Below, in pieces: positions 1 to 9,375 of a stretch of DNA of 64,000 nt (positions within the stretch are counted from its first letter, which is position 1; every line of letters starts with the position of its first letter). The position numbers and the translations under genes were made by a program. Location: positions 7,466 through 71,465 of IMG/VR virus record IMGVR_UViG_3300037342_000011. One strand, given 5' to 3'. The stretch is from a virus. The notes under the pieces were generated by a model. That model saw nothing but the letters and a program-made list of their open reading frames with translations, was not told the origin of the DNA and ran no database searches.

Positions 1-132
1 TTGTCGCTTTGGTCGGCCCGCATGAAGGCAAGCAAAAGAACAAAACTTATATTTATTTAGTCGCCATCCAGGAACATAAGAAACCTTGCCACACCACTCA
101 CATGCTTTTTCTGATCCAGTTTTTGCCGGCAT
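1..132 (-). CDS. N-terminus of probable HNH-type homing endonuclease (Zn-finger repeat); runs off window
   Basis: ATG at 132 with GGAG SD; MPAKTGSEKACEWCGKVSYVPGWRLNKYKFCSFACL has the CxxCG...FCSxxC motif of phage HNH N-termini; directly after capsid gene. Confidence 0.6.
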   Translation of the reverse strand, partial: MPAKTGSEKACEWCGKVSYVPGWRLNKYKFCSFACLHAGRPKRQ

Positions 133-133
133 C

Positions 134-190
134 GGGAGTGCTCCATCTGAGAAATTACCTCAGTATAAAGCACTCCCACCATGTTTGCAA
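134..190 (-). promoter_or_regulatory. Sigma70-like promoter embedded in an RBS-sequestering hairpin
   Basis: TTGCAA(190-185)-N17-TATACT(167-162); stem GGGAGTGCT(177-169)/AGCACTCCC(142-134) plus CTGAG/CTCAG overlaps the GGAG SD. Confidence 0.65.
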
Positions 191-192
191 TA

Positions 193-1266
193 CTATACGC
201 CGACCATTTGACTTATGCAGAATGGTTGCCGAAGCACGGCCCCCCAGCTTCCACCCGTCTGTTTCTGCTTGTAGCTCGAAGACGCGGGGATCAGTTTGTG
301 AGCCCGCATTTTCTCGTTGAACGCGCAGAAGCCAACCTTTTGACCTTCGATGGTCTCGGCGATCAACTGCACGGTGTTGCCGGCGGCAACGCCTTGCGAG
401 TTGGAGGTCGAGAGTACGCCATACTGCGGAACCTGCTCGATGCGGAGATTCGAGAAGTTCTTCTTGAGCAAGTCCTCAACGTTGACCGCGAACGAGTTGG
501 TGGCCAGCATCGCCGCCGCCGAAGCGGGGGACAAAGCAAGCACCATCTTGTCGGTGGTCTCGACGTTACCGATGACCTGCGACACCAACTGCGTGTAGAG
601 AGCTTTGATGTCGTTGAAAATCTCGTTCGCCGTGGCGTTAGCCCACCCGGTACCACCGGCAGCTTTCGTCGCGGGCGTCAAAGCCGCAGTCAGGTTCGGG
701 TCGTTCAGCAAGCCGTAGTTCTGCAAGCCAAGAACCCCGTACAGATAGGTGAGGTTCATAAACTTGTTGTGAACGGTCGCCGAGGATGCCTGAAGCTCAG
801 ACACCCAATTGATGCGCGCCAGCCCGGCCCGCTCCAGTTCCAGCTCGCCGTATTCGAGCATGGTTTGGAACAGGTAAGATTGACGCTGCGGGAAGTTGGT
901 GTTGACCCCGGCGTTGCCGTTCTCGGCATAGTCGCCGTAGCTCGACACTTCGCCCGTAGCTTCTGCGGTGATGAACATTGCAGTCTGGTCAACCCAGGTA
1001 CCCTTGCGTTCCTCACCGATGATGACTGCCGCCTTGTTAGGGGCGAACAGGATTTTGTACACCTGCGGGTCGATGAACGTCGTCAACATCGCCGGCACGC
1101 CAGCGTTGGCTGTGGTGGTCAAAGTTGGCAGCGCGTCCATCGCCATCGCGGCGTTGTAACGGAACTCGTCCGGAAGGTAGCAAGCGGCCTCAGGGTAATA
1201 CACCCCCTTGGCCTCAAGCGATGCCTTGTGCGCCCGGAAGGCAGAAAGTGCGTCTTGTCGGTTCAT
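193..1266 (-). CDS. Major capsid protein (DUF2184-like)
   Basis: 357 aa, AAGGAG RBS, AMDA processing-type motif, YGLLNDPNL motif, position after protease/scaffold/decoration genes. Confidence 0.9.
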   Translation of the reverse strand: MNRQDALSAFRAHKASLEAKGVYYPEAACYLPDEFRYNAAMAMDALPTLTTTANAGVPAMLTTFIDPQVYKILFAPNKAAVIIGEERKGTWVDQTAMFITAEATGEVSSYGDYAENGNAGVNTNFPQRQSYLFQTMLEYGELELERAGLARINWVSELQASSATVHNKFMNLTYLYGVLGLQNYGLLNDPNLTAALTPATKAAGGTGWANATANEIFNDIKALYTQLVSQVIGNVETTDKMVLALSPASAAAMLATNSFAVNVEDLLKKNFSNLRIEQVPQYGVLSTSNSQGVAAGNTVQLIAETIEGQKVGFCAFNEKMRAHKLIPASSSYKQKQTGGSWGAVLRQPFCISQMVGV

Positions 1267-1278
1267 GGTTCTTTCTCC

Positions 1279-2217
1279 TTAACCGAGAACTGTTGAGGAA
1301 ATCTTGACGACTTCCCCGGCGAGCCCAGTGGAACGAGCGTACCACTTGGTGGCGACGACCGAGCTGCCCACGATAGTCGCGGACGACACTGCCGTATTTG
1401 GGTTAGTAACCATCGTGCCCGACGTAGCGCCGCCGGTGATGGTGTCGGTGATAACCGTACCAGCGACGACGCCGGTGCCGGTGAGCACCATGCCAACGGT
1501 GAACGGGCCGCCAGTGACGGTGCCGAACGTAATGACGCCGTACAAGCCGCCGATCGTGGTGCCTGCCGCGACGCTTTGTTCGCCGGTATCCAGCAAGTAA
1601 GTGCCGACGCCGTTCGCCGTACCAGTGAGCTGTTTGACGACAGTGCCGACCGCGTTGCTGTTAAGGATGGCCCCCTTGTAGATGGAGCCAGCCGAGATTG
1701 AAGCAACGGTCAGAACATTGCCCGCTACACCGCCAACCAAGGTGAGCGTAGTGCTTACGATAGCCGAGGTAGCGCCCGAAGCGCCGCCAGCGATAGTGCC
1801 GGCAGCAGCGAAGGACACCGCCCCAGTGGCAATGTTAGCGAACGCTTGCATTCCGTACTGGGCTTGCGTGGCACCAGCGTTGACGGCGAAGAAGTCACCA
1901 ACGGTCTCGATAGTGACCGGGAAACCCGCCGGAACCAATAGGCTTGCGTTCTGAAGGTAAACTTGGATCAAGCCTTGCTGCTCGTTGTGAACGAAACCAG
2001 CAACCGGGCCTGAACCAAAGTTGTTAGCGATAGACGGCGTGCCGTCACTGTCGGGCGGGTAAGTGACCCAAGCGAAGTTACCGACGGTCAGCCCCAAGGA
2101 GCCAGCCACCAAGCCGCCAGGGCCGGCAATAAAGCTATTGCGCGGGTTGTGCGCCGCGAAAGCACCAGCCACGCCGATTGCGGGCTGGGTGTTTATCTGG
2201 GAGGGGAAGTCACCCAT
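1279..2217 (-). CDS. Capsid decoration/cement protein with inserted Gly/Thr-rich beta modules
   Basis: 312 aa, AGGAG RBS, between scaffold and capsid; PAIGVAGAFAAHNP N-terminus; G/T/V-rich insert. Confidence 0.75.
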   Translation of the reverse strand: MGDFPSQINTQPAIGVAGAFAAHNPRNSFIAGPGGLVAGSLGLTVGNFAWVTYPPDSDGTPSIANNFGSGPVAGFVHNEQQGLIQVYLQNASLLVPAGFPVTIETVGDFFAVNAGATQAQYGMQAFANIATGAVSFAAAGTIAGGASGATSAIVSTTLTLVGGVAGNVLTVASISAGSIYKGAILNSNAVGTVVKQLTGTANGVGTYLLDTGEQSVAAGTTIGGLYGVITFGTVTGGPFTVGMVLTGTGVVAGTVITDTITGGATSGTMVTNPNTAVSSATIVGSSVVATKWYARSTGLAGEVVKISSTVLG

Positions 2218-2229
2218 GTTTTTATCTCC

Positions 2230-3105
2230 TTAACCTTGGATGCCGATGCGGGAAGCATCTGGATACATCTTGGCAAATGAGTCGGCACCCGCCGCATCAA
2301 ACGCAAGAGGTTGTTTGCCCCGAACCTTGTCGGGGGTGTCTTGGTGCTTGAGCACCGTCTTGAGAGCCGCGAGCGGGAGGTCCTTGAGTTCGTCCTCCGC
2401 CACGCCGAGGGTCTTGAGCGCAGAAACGTAAACGCCCTCGGCGCTGTCGAACGCCACCGCCAGCTTGCCGACGTAAGGCTGAACGGCCTCGCGGGCTTCG
2501 CTGATTGCGTTCATGCGGTCGATGGTGTCTTTGACCGCCTTGTCGGTGGCCGTTTTGGAATCGGCGGCGAGCTTCTTAAGAGCCGCGTCCATAGCGCCTT
2601 TGGTCATCGGTTTCTTCTCCGGGTCTTCGTCCACGCCCTTGCCCTTAGCTTCGCGGGCAGCGGCTTCCTCAGGGGTTTCGTCTTCGCCTTCGCCGGCACA
2701 CATGGCGTCCCACGCCTTCATGTCCTCGGCGGACAGCTTGGACTTGAGGAAATCCATCTTCTTGGTTTCCGCTTCGTCCATGGTCTGCTTCTTGAGTTCC
2801 TCGGCAGACATCGGCAGGCCGCTATTCGGGTCGGCGTCCGCGCCTTCCTCCATCGGCATATCGGCCATGGCGTCCATTTGCTTGCCGATGTCGGCGAGCG
2901 TGGCGTCTTTGGCGAGCTTGCCATCGAGAGCCTTTGTAATCGCGGCTGCGATCTTTGGAATCTCGGTCTTGGCGTTCTTGCTCGACAAACCCTTGAGATG
3001 TTCGGGCAGGTCGATCTTCGCATCGGTAGCGAGCTTCGGCAGCAGGTAGACAGCAAGGCCCCCCGCCATAAAGGACGCTCGCCGTGAGAGCACAGGCTTG
3101 GTCAT
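2230..3105 (-). CDS. Head scaffolding protein (C-terminal half of usual DUF2213 protein)
   Basis: 291 aa, acidic/helical, AMDA and AFDSAEGVY motifs; own AAGGAG RBS; same frame as upstream protease. Confidence 0.75.
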   Translation of the reverse strand: MTKPVLSRRASFMAGGLAVYLLPKLATDAKIDLPEHLKGLSSKNAKTEIPKIAAAITKALDGKLAKDATLADIGKQMDAMADMPMEEGADADPNSGLPMSAEELKKQTMDEAETKKMDFLKSKLSAEDMKAWDAMCAGEGEDETPEEAAAREAKGKGVDEDPEKKPMTKGAMDAALKKLAADSKTATDKAVKDTIDRMNAISEAREAVQPYVGKLAVAFDSAEGVYVSALKTLGVAEDELKDLPLAALKTVLKHQDTPDKVRGKQPLAFDAAGADSFAKMYPDASRIGIQG

Positions 3106-3108
3106 AGG

Positions 3109-3822
3109 CTAGTTCTCCTTCGGTTGAAACAAATCGTTCAGTGTAGGTTCCCTGGAAAATAGATTGATCATTTTGGGAAGCGCAGCGTCGCCCACATGCA
3201 CATCGGCCCCGGCCCTGCCCTCCTCCACCAGGGCCACGTGGTTGCCGACGATGTCACGCATAACGCCGTCATACTTGATGCCGCCGTAAGTGCCGGGGGT
3301 CATGTCGGCGCGGTAGCGATAGGCGCTCGATAGTTCGCGCTTCTTGTTCTTCTCAACCTTGTTGATGTCCTTACCGGACCACAACGCCATCGAGTTGTTG
3401 AGATACGGTTCCTGAAACTCGGCGTCCGTGCCAGTCGAGCCGATGACAAATTCCTGCGGGTATTTATCGGCGGTGACCGAGATGTGCTGGCTTAGTACCG
3501 GCAAATTATTGAACGTGTGGGCGGCTTTTTTGAGTTCCTCGGGGTCGCGGAGCATTTGATACATCGTGTCGTCGTCGAGCGGCTTCCAGCTTGAGTCGCC
3601 CTCCATGACGCCGTTAATCTCTTTGCCAAGATAACCGCACACGTTGCTTTTTGAAATTGGCGTCGTGCTGACGTGGAGATGACCGTCAACCGACTTTGTG
3701 CGGACCGACTCAAAGTCAAACGCCATGCCGGAGCGCGACTTCTTGAGCGCATCGTACACGTTGGCCTCGATGCGCTGGACGTTATCGGGCGCGCGGTCGA
3801 AGGCTAGGTTGTGTGCAGTCAT
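3109..3822 (-). CDS. Prohead protease domain (DUF2213)
   Basis: RELSSAY...YDGVMRDIVGNHVALVEEGRAG signature. Confidence 0.9.
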   Translation of the reverse strand: MTAHNLAFDRAPDNVQRIEANVYDALKKSRSGMAFDFESVRTKSVDGHLHVSTTPISKSNVCGYLGKEINGVMEGDSSWKPLDDDTMYQMLRDPEELKKAAHTFNNLPVLSQHISVTADKYPQEFVIGSTGTDAEFQEPYLNNSMALWSGKDINKVEKNKKRELSSAYRYRADMTPGTYGGIKYDGVMRDIVGNHVALVEEGRAGADVHVGDAALPKMINLFSREPTLNDLFQPKEN

Positions 3823-3921
3823 ATCTCTTTCAATCCATATGGTTGATTAGGGCAACAAACAGACCAGTCAGCACCAAAGCAATCATAACTTGCCAAACTA
3901 GAAACCTTGGCGTCGGGTCTC

Positions 3922-4155
3922 TCAGCACTTGCCGTGGGGTTCCACACCGCTGAGTATAAACATGGCGTGGCTAACGCTGGCTAACAGCGACTCAACACGA
4001 CCCTCAGGCAACTCGCCTTTGGTGAACTGCTCAATTTCCTCGTCGGTCGCCCCAATCGAGCCAGGCGACACGCGAAACGAGCCACTCGGATTAAAATTGA
4101 TGCAGATATGGTTCAAGGCGCGGTCGCCGGTTCGGTACCAAATTCGCTCTTCCAC
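3922..4155 (-). CDS. Hypothetical protein
   Basis: 77-aa ORF co-oriented with operon. Confidence 0.55.
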   Translation of the reverse strand: MEERIWYRTGDRALNHICINFNPSGSFRVSPGSIGATDEEIEQFTKGELPEGRVESLLASVSHAMFILSGVEPHGKC

Positions 4156-4354
4156 GGCTCAACCTTGAGCAGCATAGCGTTGGTGAACAAGTCGGCTCAT
4201 TGCAGTTACGCCGATCAAAGGGTAACCGATGCGATGGGGGTAAACGCAGCCGGACAAGAGCCATCGCTTGAAGCGGGTTTGCCTGGACGCAACACGGCGA
4301 GGTTCCGGGAGTACACCAGACATCACGGCCATCGCTTGAAGCGTTGCTGGCGGG

Positions 4355-4696
4355 TCATGCCGTTTCTATTCCATCGTCCAAAATTGCGTCAACCAACTTG
4401 TCTTTGACAATAACATCCATCAACCGGCTAATTAGCCTTGCCGTGTTGGTATTGCGCTTGATGGATTCAACCACCAAATACTGTCGAGCTTCCGCGCTGC
4501 CTAACAAACCGCGCCTGGCTTCAATTTGCCTGATGGCGTGCCCGCGTGGCTGGCGACTTGGCAACCCAATGTGTTTGGCGCGCTGACTAATATAGGCGTC
4601 GGAGCAGCCCCACTTGGTCGCCAATACCCGCAGCGGATCGTCGCTTGGCCAGAACGCCCTTAGCTCAGACTCTTTGACCGCTGACCACATAGTCAT
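4355..4696 (-). CDS. HTH DNA-binding protein
   Basis: W...ELRAFW...LATKWGCSDAYISQRAKHIGL HTH-like motif; ATGA overlap. Confidence 0.6.
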   Translation of the reverse strand: MTMWSAVKESELRAFWPSDDPLRVLATKWGCSDAYISQRAKHIGLPSRQPRGHAIRQIEARRGLLGSAEARQYLVVESIKRNTNTARLISRLMDVIVKDKLVDAILDDGIETA

Positions 4697-5064
4697 GCGG
4701 CTACCTGCATTGATCGCAGCGGTTCAAAACGATAACCACGGCCCCATTCGGTAATTACGCGAAAGCCAAGGTCGTTTATTTTTGACCGCTTGTAACTTAA
4801 CGTGGCAGCCCAACTATCCCATTCCGGGCCACCTGATTCCAAATCCCCGTATATCAAATCCATCAATTCTGTTTTAGTAATCAAACGAGGCGAAGCACAC
4901 ATTAACATCGCAATGCCGGTAAAAGCTGGCGTGCCGTGACCACAATTTGTCATCGGGTCACGAATGTACAGTCTGCCATTTCGCCAAATAGTTCTGCTGC
5001 CAAAATTTATAAGCACGTCGCCATGGTTGGTGGCAACGTGTCGCGTGGCAACAATAACGCTCAC
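4693..5064 (-). CDS. Winged-helix (OmpR C-terminal-like) protein
   Basis: ITKTELMDLIYG...RSKI...ITEWGRGYRF motif. Confidence 0.7.
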   Translation of the reverse strand: MSVIVATRHVATNHGDVLINFGSRTIWRNGRLYIRDPMTNCGHGTPAFTGIAMLMCASPRLITKTELMDLIYGDLESGGPEWDSWAATLSYKRSKINDLGFRVITEWGRGYRFEPLRSMQVAA

Positions 5065-5360
5065 GCCGCTTCCTTCTTTTCAACGGGTAGTTCAGGCACA
5101 GGCGCGTCACGCAAAGCATTTTCAAACGCCTTACGACAATCGTTGCGCACCGCGACTACGATATCAGCCTCGCCACCGTAAATACTGGCGATAACTTTGC
5201 CGAAGGCGCGGCACAACGCGACCAGCAAGACATTGGCCGGTACTTGGCCCAGCATTCCGATAGTACCGCGCACGGCGAACATCATGAGATTCGTTAGATA
5301 ACCGTCGATCACCTGTTCAGGCGTTGGTTTCTTGACTTCGTCTGCCGGGGTTTGGTCCAT
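5061..5360 (-). CDS. Hypothetical protein
   Basis: ORF from MDQTPADE, translationally coupled to next gene. Confidence 0.6.
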   Translation of the reverse strand: MDQTPADEVKKPTPEQVIDGYLTNLMMFAVRGTIGMLGQVPANVLLVALCRAFGKVIASIYGGEADIVVAVRNDCRKAFENALRDAPVPELPVEKKEAA

Positions 5361-5368
5361 TTCAATCC

Positions 5369-5620
5369 CTACTTGATCGGGTTCCAAAAGATCGTGCCGT
5401 ACTCTAGTGCTTCAATTTCGTGCGGCGAATGGGGCTCTAGATCGTACACGCTGCCAGGGCCAAGAATTAGCGGGTCATCCCCCATGACGGTCAATTTTAC
5501 TTTGCCGGCCAGCACAAAGATCATATGCGCGTTTATCTCGTCGTGGTCGTGCATCGGCAAACCTTCACCTTTATCGCAGGTGAATAGGGTGCCTTGCACC
5601 TTCCCTTTGTTGATTTGCAT
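5369..5620 (-). CDS. Small cupin-fold protein
   Basis: GLPMHDH...HMIFVLAGKV...PHEIEALE cupin motifs. Confidence 0.75.
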   Translation of the reverse strand: MQINKGKVQGTLFTCDKGEGLPMHDHDEINAHMIFVLAGKVKLTVMGDDPLILGPGSVYDLEPHSPHEIEALEYGTIFWNPIK

Positions 5621-5621
5621 A

Positions 5622-5852
5622 CTACGCAATCTTATTGGCCTTCTTGCCGGGCACCAGCGGGGGCGGCGGCACATAAGCGGCTACTGAGGGGATCGTACCC
5701 GCTACGACCATGGCCCGAATGGCGAGCGACAGCGGCGCTTCGTCCGCCGGGTTATAGGTGAAGTCGAACGTCTCGCCGTTAACCGTCACGTTGAAGTCAA
5801 TCAGCGTATTCGTCGGTTCGACGTACTTGGAAGTATTCAAAGTCACGCTCAT
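5622..5852 (-). CDS. Probable fiber chaperone / small hypothetical protein
   Basis: Follows fiber gene; ends VAAYVPPPP as in tail-fiber assembly proteins. Confidence 0.55.
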   Translation of the reverse strand: MSVTLNTSKYVEPTNTLIDFNVTVNGETFDFTYNPADEAPLSLAIRAMVVAGTIPSVAAYVPPPPLVPGKKANKIA

Positions 5853-7381
5853 GCTGTCCTTACCCATCCGCCATATGCAGTTAAAACTTGGCTACAGCAA
5901 TTTACTGCAGCAAATTGAGTTTTGCCACTTACGTTTTTCCAAGTCCCGCTCTGAGTTACGCCCCCGATGCCGACCCCGTTATCCCCAATCCTGAGATTGC
6001 TGCCAGCCGTGGTAGAGCCGTCAGCTACATGAGTTGTTGAAGTGTATCCCATGTTTGCAATAAATGACCCCACCGCAAAGCTGCTGCTTGTCGGTATTGG
6101 TTGACCTGCTACGCTCGCCACGGCTGTTGCGACGTAAGCCGTCGTAGCCAGTCTAGTTGAATTGTTACCAGCACTTTGGGTCGGCGCGGTTGGGTTTCCA
6201 GACAGTGCCGGAGAAGCCAACGGTGCGTAAGTCGAGGCCGCCGTCGCGGATGCAAGATAAGTTGAGGCCGCTGTTGCGGACGTTAAATAAGTCGAAGCTG
6301 CCGCCGCCGTGGTTAGGTACGTGCCGTCAACGTAAGCTGTCGTCGCCAGTTTCGTTGAATTGTCCGCTGCCGTTTGCGTCGGCGCGGTTGGCGCGCCAGT
6401 CAATGCGGGTGAAGCCAAAGGCGCGCGGCTTGTATCGGTCGGGTGAACGTGATCGCCGCGAGCGTACCGCAGCGACGTGCCAACCGCTGCGGTACCGTCT
6501 ATGAGCGGGGTGGCGCTTGAGGCTTGGCCTATAACGAAGCCGGTCGTCGCCAGCGTAGTGTTTGATGTGTCCGCCGTTTGCGTTGGGGCGAGCGGAGCGC
6601 CAGTGAACGTCGGCGAGGCCAGCATCGCATAACCGGCCAAGCTCGGCGTTGGCGGCACAACCCAACCGCCGCCCGCGCCGAGAACTTTATTTGAAGCCGC
6701 GTCGCCCGCAGCCGGGGCGGGCACCCCGCCTAACGTTCCGCCGCTACCACTATCACCTGCAAACGCATTGATTAGCGTCGTGAGCGCGGTTTGGGTAATC
6801 GCTGTCGGCGCGGCGCTGCTGCCGGTGTTATTTGCAACTACCGTGTACGCCGCTTGAACCGCTAGGCTCGATAGCGGAACGTTCGTTGGCGTTATCGCCG
6901 GGGCCGGAACCCGTTGCCAAACCGTGCCGGAGAATACGGCCCAATCCCCCACCGACCAAGAGCTGATGCCGTTGAGCGTCGTCGTACCTGCAACGTTGAC
7001 GACGTAGAAGTAAGTGGCAACGCCAACGCTGCTCGTTAGCGTCGGCGTATTAGTGCTGGCGTTCCAAACGCCTTGATACGTTAAGCCGCCGAGAACCGAC
7101 GAGGGCAACTGCCCGGTGGGGATGTGCCCGGTGTTGTCAAGCGTAGCTAACCCGTTGGCCGCACCGCCAAGGCGATCAACGTATTGCGTCGTAGCCAACG
7201 TAGTGTTGTCAGTGGACAAAGGCTGCGTCGGCGCGGTTGGCAAGCCAACGAACGCCGGGGAGTTGAGCGGGGCCGCGCCGCTCGTAGCAGCGGCGGCGGT
7301 GGCCGCCTCGTTAGCCGCGACAAGGCATTGCGACAATATGGTGGCGCATTGCGCGACGATTAAGTTGGCTTGATCGGTCAA
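5849..7381 (-). CDS. Fiber-like virion protein with tail-fiber repeats
   Basis: 510 aa; four copies of (A)PLASPALTGxPTAPTQxxxDNSTxLATTAYV; YQGVWNASTNTPTL module. Confidence 0.75.
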   Translation of the reverse strand: MTDQANLIVAQCATILSQCLVAANEAATAAAATSGAAPLNSPAFVGLPTAPTQPLSTDNTTLATTQYVDRLGGAANGLATLDNTGHIPTGQLPSSVLGGLTYQGVWNASTNTPTLTSSVGVATYFYVVNVAGTTTLNGISSWSVGDWAVFSGTVWQRVPAPAITPTNVPLSSLAVQAAYTVVANNTGSSAAPTAITQTALTTLINAFAGDSGSGGTLGGVPAPAAGDAASNKVLGAGGGWVVPPTPSLAGYAMLASPTFTGAPLAPTQTADTSNTTLATTGFVIGQASSATPLIDGTAAVGTSLRYARGDHVHPTDTSRAPLASPALTGAPTAPTQTAADNSTKLATTAYVDGTYLTTAAAASTYLTSATAASTYLASATAASTYAPLASPALSGNPTAPTQSAGNNSTRLATTAYVATAVASVAGQPIPTSSSFAVGSFIANMGYTSTTHVADGSTTAGSNLRIGDNGVGIGGVTQSGTWKNVSGKTQFAAVNCCSQVLTAYGGWVRTA

Positions 7382-7920
7382 GGGGCTGGCTCTTTAATAC
7401 GAGAATTTTGGCGAACGTTATCGCCGTATAATTCACGTTTGCGTTGTTCTCTTAGCCGAGACGCTTTCCGCATTTTTCTAATAGTAGACATTTTGAACGG
7501 TTTTCTTGGCACACCGAGTTTCTTTTTACTCAAATTGGCTTTATGTTCTTTAGAAAACTTCATCCCAATGCGCGCCAGGCTTAATTTTTTCCGTGATTCT
7601 TTTGTCCCCAAAATACCGAGAGGTCGCACAAAACCACTAAAACCTTCTCCCCCGTCCGTCTTGTTGGTCAGCTCTACCCCAGCATCACGCCAGAAACGGA
7701 TACGTTCACACTCTAATTTCAAAGATTGCGTTTCGGTTAGCCCGCTTTTAACCAAGCGAACTTCGACGCACATGCCCATGCGACACAGCTTCTGAACAAT
7801 GTTATTATAGTGAGAATTGCGTTTGAATTTGTAAGCTCGGCGCTTCTTTCCCTTACCGACCCAAAAGCAAACATCCTTGTCGGGTCTCCAGTGTTCATAG
7901 ACATAAAATATATTTTTCAC
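7378..7920 (-). CDS. GIY-YIG-like homing endonuclease with NUMOD3 repeats
   Basis: FYVYEHWRPD...FWVGKG...R; LTNKTDGGEG; FSKEHKANLS; AT-rich; GTG start overlaps upstream stop. Confidence 0.8.
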   Translation of the reverse strand: MKNIFYVYEHWRPDKDVCFWVGKGKKRRAYKFKRNSHYNNIVQKLCRMGMCVEVRLVKSGLTETQSLKLECERIRFWRDAGVELTNKTDGGEGFSGFVRPLGILGTKESRKKLSLARIGMKFSKEHKANLSKKKLGVPRKPFKMSTIRKMRKASRLREQRKRELYGDNVRQNSRIKEPAP

Positions 7921-8810
7921 TGGAAGCCTGCTACGACTGGACGTGAAACACATTTGCAGTTTACTAATTCGCCGGGCTGAATCCATTTTTGTTCAGTAAC
8001 GTCCCACGCTCCTTTAGCTACATCGAAGAGTTTTCCATTAAGTGCAACGTGGGATGGCCTGGGCGTTTCGCCACCATGGGAATGCATCCACACAGCTTGG
8101 GTTATCCCACACTCAATTCGTCTTGCTCTTGTAAACGCGCTCTGAGCTTTATTATTTTGATCGCGGGCGATCAATTCAGCGCGGCGTCGTGTAATGCCAT
8201 ATCGCTGTTCAAGCTCATTAGTAAGACCTTTTATATCTCTGCCGGACTGGATGCTACGCTGAACCATACCTTCAACATCACCAAGATATTGAGAACCAAT
8301 ACTTTTAATCAACGCGACATTTTGGTTCACCGTGGCGTCGAATATGTCGTTCATCACCGGTGTCATTTGAAACTTGACGCTAAAGCCGCTGTCCTTGAGT
8401 ATTTTCTTTAGCGACGCCGTGGAACGTTCCTCAACCGCGCGGGCGAAATAGTCGGCCAGCTTGCCGGCAGCGTCGTCAAAGCGGGATTGCCACCGCTTCG
8501 CTAGGCGCGAGACGGCAACCCTTAAAGCGTCGGCGGGGGTGGCGTCTTGGGCTTCAGCAATACGCGGCTCGTTCGCCTTGAACTTGGCCTTGATCCAGTA
8601 GCCCACTGATTTGTGCATCTCGTCGATCAACGCGAGCAACTCCCGGCGGTACGCCGCCTCGATGCCCAAATTGGGGCGCGTGGCTTTGAGGGTCTTTTTG
8701 GCGCGCAAAACAGGCGCACCGTACGAGCGCATATCGGCGGCGTAGGGCCGTAGAAAACGGTCGGGCGAGGTGCGGTCAAACCGAATTAGCCCGGTTGCAG
8801 GATCAAGCAT
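7917..8810 (-). CDS. Minor head protein (SPP1 gp7/MuF family)
   Basis: RAELIARDQNNK...W...RPSHVALNGK...PGELVNCKC motif. Confidence 0.9.
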   Translation of the reverse strand: MLDPATGLIRFDRTSPDRFLRPYAADMRSYGAPVLRAKKTLKATRPNLGIEAAYRRELLALIDEMHKSVGYWIKAKFKANEPRIAEAQDATPADALRVAVSRLAKRWQSRFDDAAGKLADYFARAVEERSTASLKKILKDSGFSVKFQMTPVMNDIFDATVNQNVALIKSIGSQYLGDVEGMVQRSIQSGRDIKGLTNELEQRYGITRRRAELIARDQNNKAQSAFTRARRIECGITQAVWMHSHGGETPRPSHVALNGKLFDVAKGAWDVTEQKWIQPGELVNCKCVSRPVVAGFQ

Positions 8811-8822
8811 CGACGGCTTTAA

Positions 8823-9125
8823 CTAAGCAGCCGAGGTGTTAGCTACCATCGCCGCGCTATCCGCCGCCGTATTAGCGGTAATCTGTGTAGCCAACGCGGT
8901 AAGCGCCGCAGCGGTCGTGGTATCGGTAGACGTGCTGCCAATGGCCGCAAGTTGGGCAACGATGCCTTGGATGTAAGTGGTAAGCGATGCAGTAACCGTA
9001 GTCTGGGCCGCGACCGAGTCGGTAAGGGTAGCCAGCGCCGCTGCAATGTCTGCCTGTGTAGCCATAATAATCTCCTGGTTTTTGAGGATGAGGTCTAGCT
9101 TGTGGTGTAGTTCATGTAAGGTCAC
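8823..9125 (-). CDS. Ala/Thr-rich coiled-coil protein (second start MATQ at 9065 with AGGAG RBS)
   Basis: 100 aa; internal CAGGAG-N6-ATG. Confidence 0.7.
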   Translation of the reverse strand: MTLHELHHKLDLILKNQEIIMATQADIAAALATLTDSVAAQTTVTASLTTYIQGIVAQLAAIGSTSTDTTTAAALTALATQITANTAADSAAMVANTSAA

Positions 9126-9207
9126 TTAGGCGCGGCCTGAGACTTAGGGGCAGGCGGCCTGGGAGTAGTTGGCACGGTGCTTATGAGTTTGCCGCCTTTG
9201 CTAACAC

Positions 9208-9375
9208 TCATTCTGCCGCCTTTGGTTTATCTTTCCCAGCCAACCACTCTGCTCCGATTGAGTTCCACTCGTTAGGGAACGCCTCGGCAGCGAGCATTTC
9301 CTTCACCCGCGCTGCGCCAAGTTCCTCGAACCTCGCGTGGGCCGCCTCTTTGCGTTGTTCGTGGGATGTGGTCAT
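9208..9375 (-). CDS. Hypothetical 55-aa protein
   Basis: MTTSHEQRKEAAHARFEELG...; ATGA overlaps at both ends. Confidence 0.55.
   Translation of the reverse strand: MTTSHEQRKEAAHARFEELGAARVKEMLAAEAFPNEWNSIGAEWLAGKDKPKAAE

Noticed and set aside
181-1296. 371-aa plus-strand ORF opposite the capsid gene
   Set aside because: In-register antisense shadow of a GC-rich gene; no RBS or domain motif, unlike the intein case
2311-3087. Plus-strand ORFs opposite the scaffold gene
   Set aside because: Shadow ORFs of a low-complexity gene
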